NCBI RefSeq assembly: GCF_009914755.1
Contig: NC_060936.1
Length of the DNA: 64,000 bases
From: the human T2T-CHM13v2.0 reference genome, Homo sapiens
Strand: one strand, 5' to 3'
Program-made: the position numbers and the translations under genes
In this document: one piece after another, positions 28,220 through 48,249 of the stretch
How positions within the stretch are numbered: the stretch's first letter is position 1
How the letters are laid out: every line of letters starts with the position of its first letter
The notes under the pieces: generated by a model
The model's database searches: none
Seen by the model: the letters and a program-made list of their open reading frames with translations, nothing else
Told to the model about the DNA's origin: nothing

Positions 28220-29992
28220 CCCCAAACCATTGCTACCATCACGTTCATCATTCTCAAATCCCCTAGCCTGTTAATCCTTTGTTATACTTATGTCATAAAT
28301 TCCAACTCTACCTATATCCAGTTATTCTTCTACTCTGCATTTACATCTAGCAGCTGAAAGGGTCTCGAGAAAAACAAATTATCCTCACTTGAAATTTCCG
28401 AAGATGCACACTTTCCAACTCTCCAAAGGATGCTTTCATAGCATTTCCCTTCTTTCCACTATCCCAGTCTATGCAGCCTCAGGTGAAGTCTTGCCTATAA
28501 TTCACCAAGAAAGCGTGAGCAATCAGATGGGTGCTCCCCTGCCTCATCACCACCAAATCTACCCACATACCCGACCAGTCTACATTGATTCACAAATCTC
28601 AATCAGCACTCAAACACCTGTCTTCTAAATTCCTTCTACATTTGCTGCTAGAATTATTACTCTTTCCTTCTACTTTTCCCCAGAAATTTATCTATACCTC
28701 TTTTAGTAACACACACCACTTTGTTTCTGGTACTAGAATTACTTAGATATACATCATATTTCTATTTCTATCATATTTCTATAAACTCCCAAAAGAATAG
28801 TCTATGTGTGTTTCACTCTTGCAACTACCAAAGCAGGTTTATGAATATTTTTTAGGCGCTTAGTGTTTATTTACATGAATGAATGGGTTCATATGGCTTT
28901 CCACCTCTTTTTTCCCTTATTTATTTTTACTCAGATATAATTCACATACCATAAAACTTTACACTTTTAAAGTATATAATTCAGTGTTAAGTATATATCA
29001 TTAAATTTTAATCTCTTTAATAATTATAATAAGTAACGCTCATAAGAAAGCATTCAAACAATCCAAAGGATTAAAGAAATTTTTTTTAAAAAAGTCCCTG
29101 GAGTAGGATGTAAAGGAAAGGTAGAGTGTGTCTTAGTTTTTCTGAATACACCTCACCACCATCACTCTCCTGATTCAGCTGCACTCCTTTCTACCTCACT
29201 GCCAGTTTGTGTTCCCAGGTGCCCTCATGGCTGGAGAAGAGTACATCAGAAAATGACTACATATGACTTGGGAGCTTTTGATCCAAACAATGATACAAAC
29301 TAGTCTTTTCTTCCATCATTGATTGTCTCCAAAGTTCCAAGTTGTGTCCATCTAACACCTCATTAAACCAAACAGGACGGAAAAAGGTGACAGTTTATTT
29401 AAAATTTTTCTCAGGAGGCTTAAGAGCCTGAGTGTGAAAAAAGGGCAGGTCATGGCATTTACTTCCTGAAAAACACTGCTCTTGGCACTGACTCTCAAAA
29501 CGGTATTAAGACTGTTTTATTTTAAGCTGTAATGGCCTTAAAGGTTCACTTGTAAGTAAAACTTTGCAAGAACTTTCATTCTATATAAAAGCAACATTTT
29601 AGAGCTTGGTCACAAAAATGTGATTATGCAAATATATGTAGTTTTATGCACATTATTTATAACTCTGAATCTCTACGGAATCACAAACTGGGAAAAGAGG
29701 TCAGGAACATGCAGGATGAAGTGAAAACAGCAAAACACGGAAGTATATTCACGTAGAATCTCATCTATTAAAAATAATCACAGAAAAATAAGGCAAATCC
29801 ATCAAAACGTTTAGACAGACTATCTCCTGGTGGTGAGATTTTGATGCCTTTTCTTCTTTACACATTTCCAATTTCCTATAATAAGCATGTATTATTTAAA
29901 AGTTTTGTTTGAAGTGTTAACATTTTGTAGATTGGAAAATGTCATACATTGTATTCAGGCACCATAAGCCTCCAATTCTGTAAACTAAATCT

Positions 29993-30134
29993 GTATTTTT
30001 AGTGTATGTATGTATGTAGAGATGGGGTCTCACTATGTTGCTCAGGCTGGTCTCAAACTCCTGGCCTCAAGCCACCCTTCTGCCTCAACCTCCCAAATTT
30101 CTGAGATTACAGGCATGAGCCACTGGACCCAGCC
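29993..30134 (-). mobile_element. FLAM/Alu left monomer with 11-bp TSD
   Basis: TSD aaactaaatct at 29982-29992 and 30135-30145. Confidence 0.85.
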
Positions 30135-32139
30135 AAACTAAATCTAACACTATTTTAAGTTAAACAGACGTGAAATTATAATCACAAGGAACTTACACAT
30201 GTCTTCAGAAAATAAAAGACCCTTTAATTTTTTCCTTCGCCAAACTTCGTATTTTCTTAAATTAATCTATGTCCTTTACCTCTGGTTGCCTAAAACACTA
30301 CAAATAAGTCACAGTAATAAATTACAAGCCTAACTATTCAATTAAACAAATATTTAGACATTTTCATAGAAAATAAGTACATCATGGCCAAATGTCTCAA
30401 TAAGATGCAATTAAGATACACTTATTCAGGACGTACTATGTGCCAGATGTAGCAGAAGATACAAAGGCAATATCTGGGGACTGTTCAGGGAGGGTGGGAG
30501 CCCATAACACTGAGGGTGACCGCCATACATATAACAAGGACACACTGGTGGGCTGAGTTCTATGACAGCAGTAAAGGTAAAGAGCTGCTGGAACATGAAG
30601 GCAGCGATGAGCTCCACCTTACAGTCCAAATAGTTAATCAGTGATGCCAATTAGCCACAGTACTGTTTCTCATGTCCCAAGATTGAAAACAATACAAAGG
30701 GGCAAGGAATTCAAGATGCAAGTTATCACAGGGTTTAGCTAGAGAAAGCATTTAAAATCAGCCAAGGATCATACATGGGGAGAACTGGAAAGAACCACAA
30801 AGACTGTTAGTCATAATTAGGATGATAAACATCTATTCAGGTGCCTGACTAGAAAAACCATAGTGGCAGAGACAGGTATTATAGCCAGGAAGGAATTTCT
30901 TGATTTTGACTTTCTAGATGACAGTGATATGAATTGTGACTACATTTAAGAGTTGCCTTTCAGGCAGGGGGCTGATGATGAAATGGAAAAGGAGCTCTGT
31001 GCACTGCAGCTCATGAGGCAAAAGAACTGAGTGGGGAAGAAGGATCACTGGAGGAACAGGAGCTAGGAAGGCCAACAGGACTGCCAGTACCCAAAGATTG
31101 AGGAAAACACAGACTAACCTCACTTGAAATTCCCTACTCTCTCAAATGAATGCTTTCATCTCCCGATGAAAAGAGTGGGCTTGTAGAAAAACAGAGAGTA
31201 GGTGAAACAGAAAACAACACTGCAAACAAGGTGCTAAAGTAATGGGCTTTATTCAGTCATCTAACATGTAAGAAGTACAGAGAGAATCTCTGTACCAAAT
31301 ATTGCATATTTGGTATATTTTTTCCTTGATCCCCGCTTCTACAATGTGGATGAAGCACTTCTATGGCATGGCTTACCTGTTCTAGACATCAAAACCAATA
31401 ACTATGAGTTCCAATTATTACAAAAAACTTTCTCTGAAAAGATAAATATTAATGAATATTATATTACCACCGAAGCACCCAGAGAAAAATTATCTCTGGC
31501 CTTAGTACATAGGAATTCTTGTCCTCCTCTGAGGAATTAATTCTCTTCTACCTCGTGAATCATGGAATAAAACATGTCTTCCCTTTTGTACTAGCTGCTA
31601 AAACATTTAGAGCAACATGGTTCTCAAACTTTAGTTTGAATTAGAATCATCTGAAGATCGTTCCCAATGCAAAATTCCCAGTTGTCTTTCCTCTTTGTCC
31701 AGCTCCAGCCTCCTCCTACCCAGGATTCTGATTCATTTCAAGAGATTCTAACGTATTTGGTTCAACAACACTTTAAAAAAGTCAGGTTTTGTGACCCAGT
31801 TTGTATAGATATCACTCCAGAGCAAATGTTTTGTATAGAAACCATCTTCTACTTTCAGCTATTTCCTAAATCACTAATTTTAAGGTTTCTTTTACTTTAC
31901 TGCTTCTTCATGTGTTTAAGCCCTCTTACACTTCTGAAATAAAGAGGTCAAGGTTAAAGTGAACAGACCTTTCAATTGACAGAGATAAATTTTATTGTTC
32001 CTTTTCCAAATATCACGAAAGAAAGATGATCAATTTTTTAACAGCAGAGGAACTAGTTGAACTGTAACAGCCCTGGGCAAAGAGAGGTCTGACACACAAA
32101 TGTATTATTAAATAGTAAATTAGGCTGCTGGCTTGATGC

Positions 32140-32290
32140 GGGCATATTGACAGCGCTGTGCCCTTTGATGTTCAAAGGGAGAGGCCTATAATTACACTTG
32201 GTTCATTTCAATGCATACATGCAGCACTAAAACATGCTTGCTCAATTATTAGCAGACCGGTAGGACCTTTCACAGCTGACAGCAAAAAAA
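32140..32290. promoter_or_regulatory. Candidate enhancer with an inverted pair of TCF/LEF motifs
   Basis: CCCTTTGA-TGT-TCAAAGGG at 32161-32179; TGACAG at 32148 and 32277; TAATTA at 32189. Motif evidence only. Confidence 0.35.
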
Positions 32291-33950
32291 ATCTATATGT
32301 ATATATGAAGTGTGATCTGAAGAAGAAATGCAATTATCTATCAGTCAGCATACATTTATTTAGGGGGTACTACATGACATTCATTTTAATTCTCAGATCC
32401 CACCGAGAAGTATTGAACCATCTGGCTAATTCTGAAAAATAGAAAGAATTAGGGAGATATTTCTGAGTTAAATGTTTTGGTGTGTTTGAATTGACTATAT
32501 TGTCTTAACTCTCTACTTTCCTTTAAGTGTGTAGAATTGGTTTTAGAAATGCCCTTTTCATTTCCTGTTCTTTATTATGAAAATTTAAAGCTACTTCATA
32601 AGAAAATACAGAATAGAGAAACAAAAAGAATAACGGCTAATGGTCATTGAGTATTTTCTATGAATCTAAGAGACTCACTTGCAGAGTTGGAACTGAGGGC
32701 AGAAATAATTTCCTGATAAAAGAGGAAAAGAAGTAATATTTTTGAGCACTTAACTAAATGCCAAGTAGTGTCCAGATGTGTTTTGCGTATGTTAAATCAT
32801 TCAGTCATCAAAAATACCTTATGAAAATGCAAACTTGATTGATAAGAGGCAATACTAAACATTTTAGGGTATAATTAACTCAACAGAATAGCTCTACAGT
32901 CCATTCTCATGCAGATTTAGAGTAAAAAAAGAGACTGTTATGGAAATTCTTACTCAGTTTATGCACGCTACACACAGAACAAAATGTAAACCCTTATTCA
33001 TATTTAACACTTTAAATTTTTTTGCAAAAAAAAGTATTTTCATTTTTGATAAAGTCTTTTGTCTAGTTTAGCACTTTTGCTGCTAAATAAGTTGTCACTA
33101 GTAGTGAAATTCATAAAATACAAAAGTCATACAAATATTTAGTTAGACACCTCCAGAGATGGGCAGATGGATGGGCAGCCAGTCTGTTACAAGTTATATC
33201 CCAAAAGTACCCTGCCCCTTAAGGGGGATAAGGAGCACAGCCAGTCCTACAGCCTCAAAGCCAATAAACTCTCTTCTCCACTGAGGGCTCTAGAATCAAT
33301 GAAAATACACCCAGAGCAGGCTTACAGTGGAATGTAAAAAAGGGACTTTTCACAACAGGGATAGAAAAAAGGGGATAAAAAAGGGAAGTAGAGGCCCTCA
33401 CTCCTTGTGTGTATCACGGTGATGGTGGGGCAAGAAATTATTAGATTTTGAGCAGGAGTTTTTTTAAGCACCAGAGGGTAGACGTCCTTCTTCTTACAGC
33501 TTCTTCTATTCCAGTGACCATCGCTTAGGTTAGTTATTCTAATTCCATGAGGAAATAGCCTATCATTCTGTTGTGAAGACCATTTTATAATTTGTCCAAA
33601 TCCTTTAAAAAAATTCCAGATTTTCTTTCTCCTTGGCAAGGAAGGAATAGAAGTGACAGTATCACTGATGTAGTATATGTTTATTCTTGTCATTGAATGA
33701 GGTCTGTCTCATGGTTCTCCTTCTTACTGATTCAATAAGGCAGGAGTGGGAGAGAGGTGGTTTGAACAGACCAGTGATCAATAATCCTTTTCCTTCTAAT
33801 TTCAGGAACCTCCAGAGTCAGTTTGCCCCTGCTTCGTATCCCACATCACCACCCCACTCTCAGCCTTGTGTTGATGGAATGCTTGGAAACTCTATTAGAC
33901 TGATCTGGCAGATATCAACTGACAGATTGATTGCACTGACTTAGCAATAA

Positions 33951-34433
<483 letters not shown>

Positions 34434-35399
34434 TAATTAGTGACAGGACAAAAACCTATCCTACTTTTGAATGTTTATTCTTTACCTGACAGGACAGAAT
34501 TGCAAGAGAGCACAGTACTAATTTCACTTTTTGTGAACATTGTTTGCTAATAATGTGATGTTTACAATGGCATAACATCAAAGAAGTTTGTCAACACAGA
34601 CAATCTTTTGAATATAGTGTTTTCCTCTATTTGAAATTCTCACAAGTAACCAAAATTTTATAATATTATCTTAATAACTGATGCAACTTAACTCTATATT
34701 GTGACACATACTACTATGATTTGACCCACATAGCTATGATCTGTTTATATTTCAATAAAAATAACTAAAATTATTTCAGATTTCAAATAAATATATAATA
34801 GTAAACCATTTTTCTTGTGAACAGTTCAAAGTGTTTACTTTATAAAAATACAAGTCGGGATTCAATAATTAAAATAAAAACTCCAAATTGAGCAATATAA
34901 CTTAAATGTTGACTGTGATGTGGTTTTAGATATATTTACAAACATAAACTAGATAAAAGAATTGCTCTTATTTTTGCAAAAGCAAACCAAATGTTGGCTC
35001 ATATCATATTATTTCATTTTAAAGTTTATTAGGCTTATTAGATCTTTCTGCAGATCATATATATCTGACAATTTACTTATTTTCTATTTATATATCACCA
35101 TCAGTTAAAACCCCAAATTTGTTATCAATATAACATTTGTTGATAGTTTTTAAAATGTATTTTTAATTATTACTTTATTCTTTCAGGATTTATATATCTA
35201 TATATTTAAAGTATTGGCAGAATCTTGCAATGAGAAACTTTAAGATATATTAGTATAAATATAGCCTTATACTCTAACAAATTACCCTATATTTTACAAC
35301 TGCTGTAAACTATATGAATATTTGCAAGGTAGTCATATACTATTATACAGAGAAAGTGAGTAGAGGCCGACTTTACGCTTCAGTGGTAAACAACCTTTT

Positions 35400-35695
35400 T
35401 TTTTTTTTTTTTTTTTTGAGACCAAGTCTCACTCTGTCACTAGGCTAGACTGCAGTAGCACCATCTTGGCACACCACAACCTCTGCCTCCTGGGTTCAAG
35501 CCATTCTCCTGCCTCAGTCTCCTGAGTAGCTGGGACTACAGGTGCCCACCACCACGCCCGGCTAATTTTTGTATTTTTAGAGAGACGGGGTTTCACCATG
35601 TTGGCCAGGATGGTCTTGATTTCTTGACCTCGTGATCTGCCCGCCTTGGCCTCCCAAAGTGTTGGGATTACAGGTGTGAGCCACCATGCCTGGCC
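35400..35695 (-). mobile_element. Alu (AluSc-like) with 13-bp TSD
   Basis: TSD taaacaacctttt at 35387-35399 and 35697-35709. Confidence 0.95.
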
Positions 35696-36201
35696 ATAAA
35701 CAACCTTTTAAAGGCCAAATCTCATTTGTTGTTTTTATTATCCAATATTTACAAAACTCTCTATAATCATTTTTACTGAAAATAAATATAATTCTTTGTA
35801 TCTTCATCAGCTTCTACTTTCAACTAATCTCTGGCCAATAATATTTTACACTTCTACATAGTAGTCTTAAGTCTATACTTGCCAGAAGTAGCAAGAAAAT
35901 TACTACATTGGGTAGAAACCCGATAATCTGTAAAATAACCCAGTCACCAATTTTAAGTAATACCAGTCTATATTACTCTTTAAGTCCTAAATCAAGCAAT
36001 TACTAGGTATATATTAATATAAAATATTGAGTTATATGTAATGAAGAAATAAAAAGAATATTATTCTCCTTACAGAGAAAACCTGGCCATTTGTTTACCT
36101 TAAAGAAATAGAGATATGACTAAAGATTTATGTAAAAGGAAGTTCATTAGAGCATCATTATTATTAAACAGTATTATTTATAAAACTGAAAAAAAATACA
36201 T

Positions 36202-36626
36202 TGTGGCAGCAGAATATCTATCCTCAAAGCTATCGGTGTCCTACTTCCCTAAATATGTGATATGTTACTTTACCTGGCAAAGGGAAAGTAAGGTTGCAGA
36301 TAGAATTAAATGTTGCTCATCAATTGACCTTGAGACAGGGAGATTATTCTGGATTGTTCAGGTGGGCCTAATATAAGCATGAGAGTCTTAATAGTAGAAG
36401 ACGGAGGCAGAAGTAAATCTATCTGACCTCTGTCAGATTTCTGACATACTAGACTGTAAGATAATTTGTGGGATTTTTTTCATTTTTAAGGTTTTCTTTT
36501 ATTTTTAATTGATACATAACTGTATATATGTATTGAAACATCACGTTGTACTCCATAAATATGTACAGTTATTACATATCAATTAAATTTGAGGTAATTT
36601 GCAGCAGCTGTAGAAAACCAATACAT
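36202..36626 (+). mobile_element. MLT1D-like LTR, internally deleted and interrupted by a small L1MA insertion
   Basis: tgtggcagcagaat...gaccttgagacagggagattattctggatt...ggtaatttgcagcagctgtagaaaaccaataca. Confidence 0.7.
36492..36587. mobile_element. Two L1MA 3' termini in opposite orientation
   Basis: T-rich tract plus ttaattgatacataactgtatatat (antisense), then tgtattgaaacatcacgttgtactccataaatatgtacagttattacatatcaattaaa (sense). Confidence 0.65.
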
Positions 36627-39165
36627 ATACTGAGACCCTATGTTATGGGACTGATTAAACAAATTATGGCTGACCCATACAATAAATTCTATACAGCTAT
36701 GAAAAATGTTTTAAAATAATATGAGAAAATAGAACTACTCTGATATTAAGTAAAAACCTTACAAAGTGGTACATATTACATAATTTTAATTCTGTTAAGT
36801 CAAAGTATACATACATGATGCAAAGTGAAATGTCATCTCTGGGGTAAGATTATGAATAATTTTATTTCTTCATACTCTTTCATATTTAAACAATGAATCT
36901 TATATATAGTTTAAAAACAGCAAGTGGCAATAGAAAAATTCTGGACACCTAAATCACTAAGAATCTCTCAAAGTTTCAAATATACCTTTTTTTTTTAAGA
37001 TTTAATTTTGAGGATGCATCTAGGATGCTTGTCCTCTGGGAAACCTTCACCAGCTCTGCCCCAGTCTCTCCATCATTATTTCCAACCTTCTGCTGAGCTC
37101 TGCCTCTGCCCTGTGACTACCATTCTATAGCATCTCTGCACTGTGTGATAACTGCTTCTTTACTTTCCTGACTCCTCCACTGAACTCTCAGCAACTGGAG
37201 GAGGGACCCGCACTGTTTCACTCCTCATTGCCTATTCCTATCCTTTCACAGAGGAGAAAACATTATCTTACATTCTTGTCTCCTCAGTAAATATCATGAA
37301 TACTTTAAGCCAAAAAAGATTGGAGGCTTGTGATTTATCTTAAGAAAGCATATGAAAATCTGTAATATATTTACTCAACTCTATTGTTTCTTTAGTAAAT
37401 AAATTCTAGGAGTCGTGAAATGCATTGCTTCCTGAGTTCGACAGTGAAGATTAAGGCAGGAACTTGGAAATAATGAGTATCATTTTCTGCAGCCTATTGC
37501 TGCTGACAATCCTTAAGGTATGTATTACTATTGCAATTTTACATATTAGAAACCTGGTGGCTCAGAGAAGTTATGAACATGCCTTAGGTTAGTGACAGGA
37601 ATAGCCTCAGATCAGGGCTCAGTCCCCTAAATCACATTGCTGCTAAAATCTAAACAGGCTCAACATTTATCTACAGTCTTTTCCAGGCATTCAGCTGAGA
37701 ACATCTATCTTTACTGTGAAATAACAATTTTTTAAAGTGGTTTGATCATTATTATTAGTTGTCTATGGTTTTTCTAAAAAAATTATTGATACCATAGGAG
37801 GAGAATAATCCTATTTTGGGAAATATGGTTATCTGAACGATTTTTTTACTAGGTTTAATCAAGTCTATTAATTCATACATTAATTCTACTCTCCTATAAA
37901 GAAGAGAAGATCTATTAGGTAATTTCTGGCCTTAAAAGTTTGCAAATTACCAAAAAGCATTCATTCTACTGCAGTTTACATTCCCACTTCTGCTCCACAT
38001 AGCATGCTACTTACATTGTAAGTAATAAAAAGAGCTTGAGCAGAGAAGCAGCCATAGCTATATTTCTGTAATTAATAAGGCTGCCTCTTACCCTTGTCTA
38101 TCTCATTAATCTGCCTGTCTTGCAGCAAGCTGGCAAGGCCACCTTTCCTCACCCTTTCAGCTTGTTTGGGTCACAGGAACAGCTGAGCTGACTTGTGTGT
38201 GTGTGTGTTTCTTTATTTCTCCCCAGGGAGATTCTTGGAACTGTCTGGCCCGGCCACAGGACCTACTGTTGGCATGGTACTACAACAGATCTCACTGGAT
38301 GAGTGATAGACTGCTTATGATTTTATCATTGTGACTTGATCTGTGCAACTACTGACGCTTAACCGAACTTTAGTCAAAAGATTTTTTTTTAAACTACTGT
38401 AATCTTAATTTTTAATTTCACTGCTTTCTTGGTTTTGACCAATAAATTGGGTGCATTAAACAATAAACTTATTTCTTCAAACAGATTCTTATGAATCTGC
38501 CACACAACTACAGAAAATAGCAATTAATAAATATAAATAGTAGCCTGGACAATTAATACAGTACTAGTCAATTTTCTTTAAAAATAAACAATATCAAATT
38601 TGTTCCAAAGTAGTGACAGAAAAGCCCTCTGCAACACAGGTAAAAAAAATTTCTCCTAGAATGAGGATATTGACAGAAGATGAAAAGTAAATAAGGAAAA
38701 ACAACCAAAGTCATATTATATTTTCCATCTTTTTCTCAATAAAGCAAAATTGTAGAGCTTTAACACTGTCATGTTAGCAAAGAAAAAAAGCAAATCCTGA
38801 TGTTTATATTAATTTATCAAACCATATAATCAGAAATAAAATTTAAAAAATTTTTTGATGTTACAATTTGCTTTAAGCTACTCTAAATTCAATTAAGATA
38901 TTTTCACATTATTAAGAAGGAAACCATGATAATTTAGTATTTGCATATTTCCTATTGAGAAAACTAATCCACAAGTATTAAATGAAAAAACCCAATGAGA
39001 GTTATCAAAAATAAGAAAGCAACAACATATTCAGTCATTTAAATTAGATTGGCCAATTTTCTAGAAAAATGCTTAGCAACATTCTAAATGAATACTTGGG
39101 ATTTTTCAATAATTTTATCTATGTCTATTTTATAGAAAACAAAACATTCCTTTATAGTTTTATAG

Positions 39166-39516
<351 letters not shown>

Positions 39517-40906
39517 TAAAAGTTAAATTCTAACTAGAAAAACTGATCTTTTATGCAATAAAGATTATGTGCTTTTTCTGGAGTGTGTGTGTCCTGGTCT
39601 TAGTTTCTTCATTTTCAAGTTATTCATTAACTAAATTGAAAAGAAATACATTTTCTGCAATTTACTTTAAGCCCACAAAATAATATCCTCAGATTCTGTT
39701 AATAAGTGAAAATGTAAGCTTTCAATTTTTGAATTCACAATCCATATGAAATTGAAAAAGTAAATCCATTATTTTTATTGAACAATAAATTAACTTTCAC
39801 AATTAACGTGTTAGTAGGAAGTAACACAGATGCTGAAAAAATGGTGAGATGTACAATATGTCAAAAAGCTAGACAATATACCTTTAAATGTGTAGTACAT
39901 TTGATAGGCAGTTAGTACATTAATGTTCAATACATTTTAATAAATGTTTTTGCAAACATTTAGTAAACATGGCCATACCAGCATTCTCCTATAGTACCAC
40001 GTCACTAGGGCTTTGCAAAAAGTAACAGCTCAATGAACTAAATTGAAAATGGACTCTGCAAACTTTCAAGTGTCTTCAAGTTGTCCTTAGTAAGTAACAT
40101 GACTATCTTAGCTTTTGAGTTAAAGTTTTATTTGGCTTTATGTTGCTTAATTCTAATTCACTGAGCACTGGTTATCCACATATTGAATCTGATTAGTAGA
40201 ACATTTGTGAATATGATGATTAAAAGTAGAATATCACAACAATATTTTTCTTAAACTTATTATTTCACCCATAATGAACATTCAGATAAGTGAACCCCTA
40301 ATACCTTTAATAAAAGGACTTACTCAATATAAAGAGAATAACAAACAGGGATAAAATTAGCCTTCAAGTCTGAAATAATTTGTCCTCCTGCTGAATTGAT
40401 TTAGCTTGCATACTGAAGTGGTTAAACCCAGACTAAAATACAAGACAGACTAAAATTTCTAACACTGAAATGATTACAAGGGAAAATAAAATTAAACTGA
40501 TCTATTTGGGCTAATGTATATCTTTTTTAGGTCAGGGCCAACAGCTAAAGCAGATATGATCAATCATTAAGTTCAAAGTCAATCCAAAAGGCTAGGTTCA
40601 TTGGTAAATACCGGCTTTGGCTGGCAGCACAAGAATATAACAGATGTAAAGATTAGGGAATAAAGCAGGGAGATGCAAGAAAGATAAAGAGAGGGAAAGA
40701 AAGCAAAAAGTCAAAGAAAAAAGGGAGAAAAGAAAAAAAGAAGAAATGGATATGAAACCATCGGATGCTTACAAGAATTGTCTTTAATTAATGCTACAAG
40801 GAAAACTGGCTAGGAGAACCCTCATCTGTGCTTAAGAAGCATCATGGACCATGACCAAATCATCCTGCAAGGGAAGAGATAGAATCATAACCAACGGCAG
40901 TGGAAC

Positions 40907-41033
40907 TTTTTGTTTTTGAGATGGGGTCTCACTATGTTGTCCAGGCTGGTCTTGAACTTCTTGGCCCCAGTGATTGTCCCACCTCAGCCTCCCAAGTACC
41001 TGGGACTACAGGTGCATATCACTGTGCCCAGCC
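40907..41033 (-). mobile_element. FLAM monomer
   Basis: gagatggggtctcactatgttgtccaggctggtcttgaac...gggactacaggtgc. Confidence 0.8.
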
Positions 41034-41116
41034 AGAACCCTGAGTAACAAGTAGTGGGTCTGTTACTCCTAAATGTACCTCAGGATGTAACTAAACTGAA
41101 TAAGTCATTTAAAAAA

Positions 41117-42510
<1,394 letters not shown>

Positions 42511-43404
42511 AATTACATATAACTTCTGGAAGAAAACAACACTGCTCAATGAAGTTTAAATATTAATATCCCTCGTTATCTGCAATTTAAGACTTCAAGT
42601 ATTTTATAGTATACCCTAATAAAACATCTTGCAGTTTCTATTATATTTTTCACATAATCAAAAGGTTATAAAAGTTGCATATATTTAAGTGAGAAACTAA
42701 TCATTCTGTCAATAGTGTGACAAAATATGTACAATTTTTATAGCTAGAATCAAGTTACATGTATAGTGAAAACACGTGTCCTTTTCCCATTTAGTGGAAT
42801 TTGAACTTCCCAGAGAATGAAGTAGAAATGTAATAATATGGCTTCACTTCTCTAACTTTTAACCAGGGAGGTGAGGGGTTTAGTAAAAGAAAAAACACTG
42901 AGGAAGAGACCAACAAGTTCTAACCCTTAGTTCAATGCTTATTTTCCTGAGAACAAACTAGTTGATGGTTATTTCTAGTTGATAGTTCTTTCTTTATCAT
43001 TGTTCCTGTGAATTAAGAAACTTCTAGAATAAGAGATTTATTCTGCCTTCTGGTTAATCTTTCTAGGACTCAATCTTTCCATCCATGAAAAAAGAGGATT
43101 TTGAGTTGAAACCTACATGACTAGCACATGTTAAAACACATTAGGTCAAACAGTTTAAAAGAACGTGGTTATGCTGTTGCAAGCCTGCACAGACTATCTG
43201 AAAGATAAGCTCAAGCAGAGCTCCATATTTTGAAATCTCACTACCCCTTCTTTAACAGACAGCTGTCATAACAATTCCCAACTGCCTACCCCAAGCATGC
43301 AGAAAAAAGATGCAGCTATTCCACTGCTATAAGTAGGATGCAGATGTTTCAATGTTTCTACAGGGAATTGTTATTGGACTACAACTTCTAATTCAAAGGT
43401 TAGG

Positions 43405-43600
43405 CACCACTGTGTAATCGATCCCTGTGTGGGGATGGAAATGTTTTTTATCTGCTCTGTCCAATGTCCAATATGGCAGGAACCAACCACATGCAGCTCT
43501 TGAGCACTAGAAATATGGCTAGCATACTGAGAAGGTGAATTTTTTATTTTATTTAATTTCAGTGAATTTTCATTTAAATTTGCAATTAATTGGCCTAATG
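43405..43600. mobile_element. MER3-like hAT MITE
   Basis: gatggaaatgtttttatctgctctgtccaat...ccacatgcagctcttgagcactagaaatatggctag. Confidence 0.7.
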
Positions 43601-44691
43601 GAGTAATATCTTCACTGTAGAGAAACTTAGAAAACAAAAAATATTTTAAAAAATCATTTTCCTTCATTTACTTTTAATCATTACTTACATTTGTTTGAAG
43701 ACTTTTTTCTATAATATTTTCATAAATCACAAAATGTATATGTGCATATTTAAACTGAATACATAAAAATACAATATATAAGACATTTTTATGTAGATCT
43801 ATGAAATATAAGAATTTTGAATTCTTCTACAATAATACATGTAAGTTTATTATATGCCTGGCACATAATAAACACTTAAGAGATGTTATCAGTTATTATT
43901 AATCATAACAATTATTTTTAATGACTGAATAGTACATCATTATATTGAGGAGGCTTTAGCAAACAATCCGTTGTTGGGAATATAATTTTTGTTCTTATTT
44001 AAAGCCTTCTGGTGAACATACATGTACAGCTTTCCATTTGTAGAAGTATTCCCTTAGGATAAATTTCTAGAAGTAAATATGATGGGTTTAATGTCTCTTT
44101 TTAAGACTATAGATACCTATTATCAAATTACTGCACAGAAAAGAACCAATGAAAAGAAGAAACTCTTTCGAAAATATAAGACAAGCCTTATACACCCACA
44201 TGCCCAAAACATTAGGGTGAAGCATGGATGGTGATGAATATGATACAATGGGAATGTTTAGGTTCTACAAATCTCATGCTAGAAAATCCTTGATTTACCT
44301 GTAAAGTAAAATAACCAGTGTTTGTGTGTCCATTTGGAGAATGACATACCATATTCTGCCACTCAGTAGTTCTATAGTAGCCACGCTTTTCCCCCTCTAT
44401 CATTGAACAGATTACTATTCCTTCAGCTAAACACCAGGCAAAATAGCTGGCTTGTCTTTAGGGACATTTTTATTGTAACATCTGTGTCTTCAAATTGAAG
44501 AATCAGACTCAAGTTAGCCTGATACTCACACTATGAGAGACATACAAGGCATTGAGACCTTATGAGAAAACTGCAGATTGCAATCTCCCATTTGACTGCT
44601 CAATCTGGGGCATGTGTTCATGGAATGGAACCAGAGTCACCCACACTACTTACATCTCTCTCAATTATTCTCTCTCAGCATGAACAAATTA

Positions 44692-48249
<3,558 letters not shown>

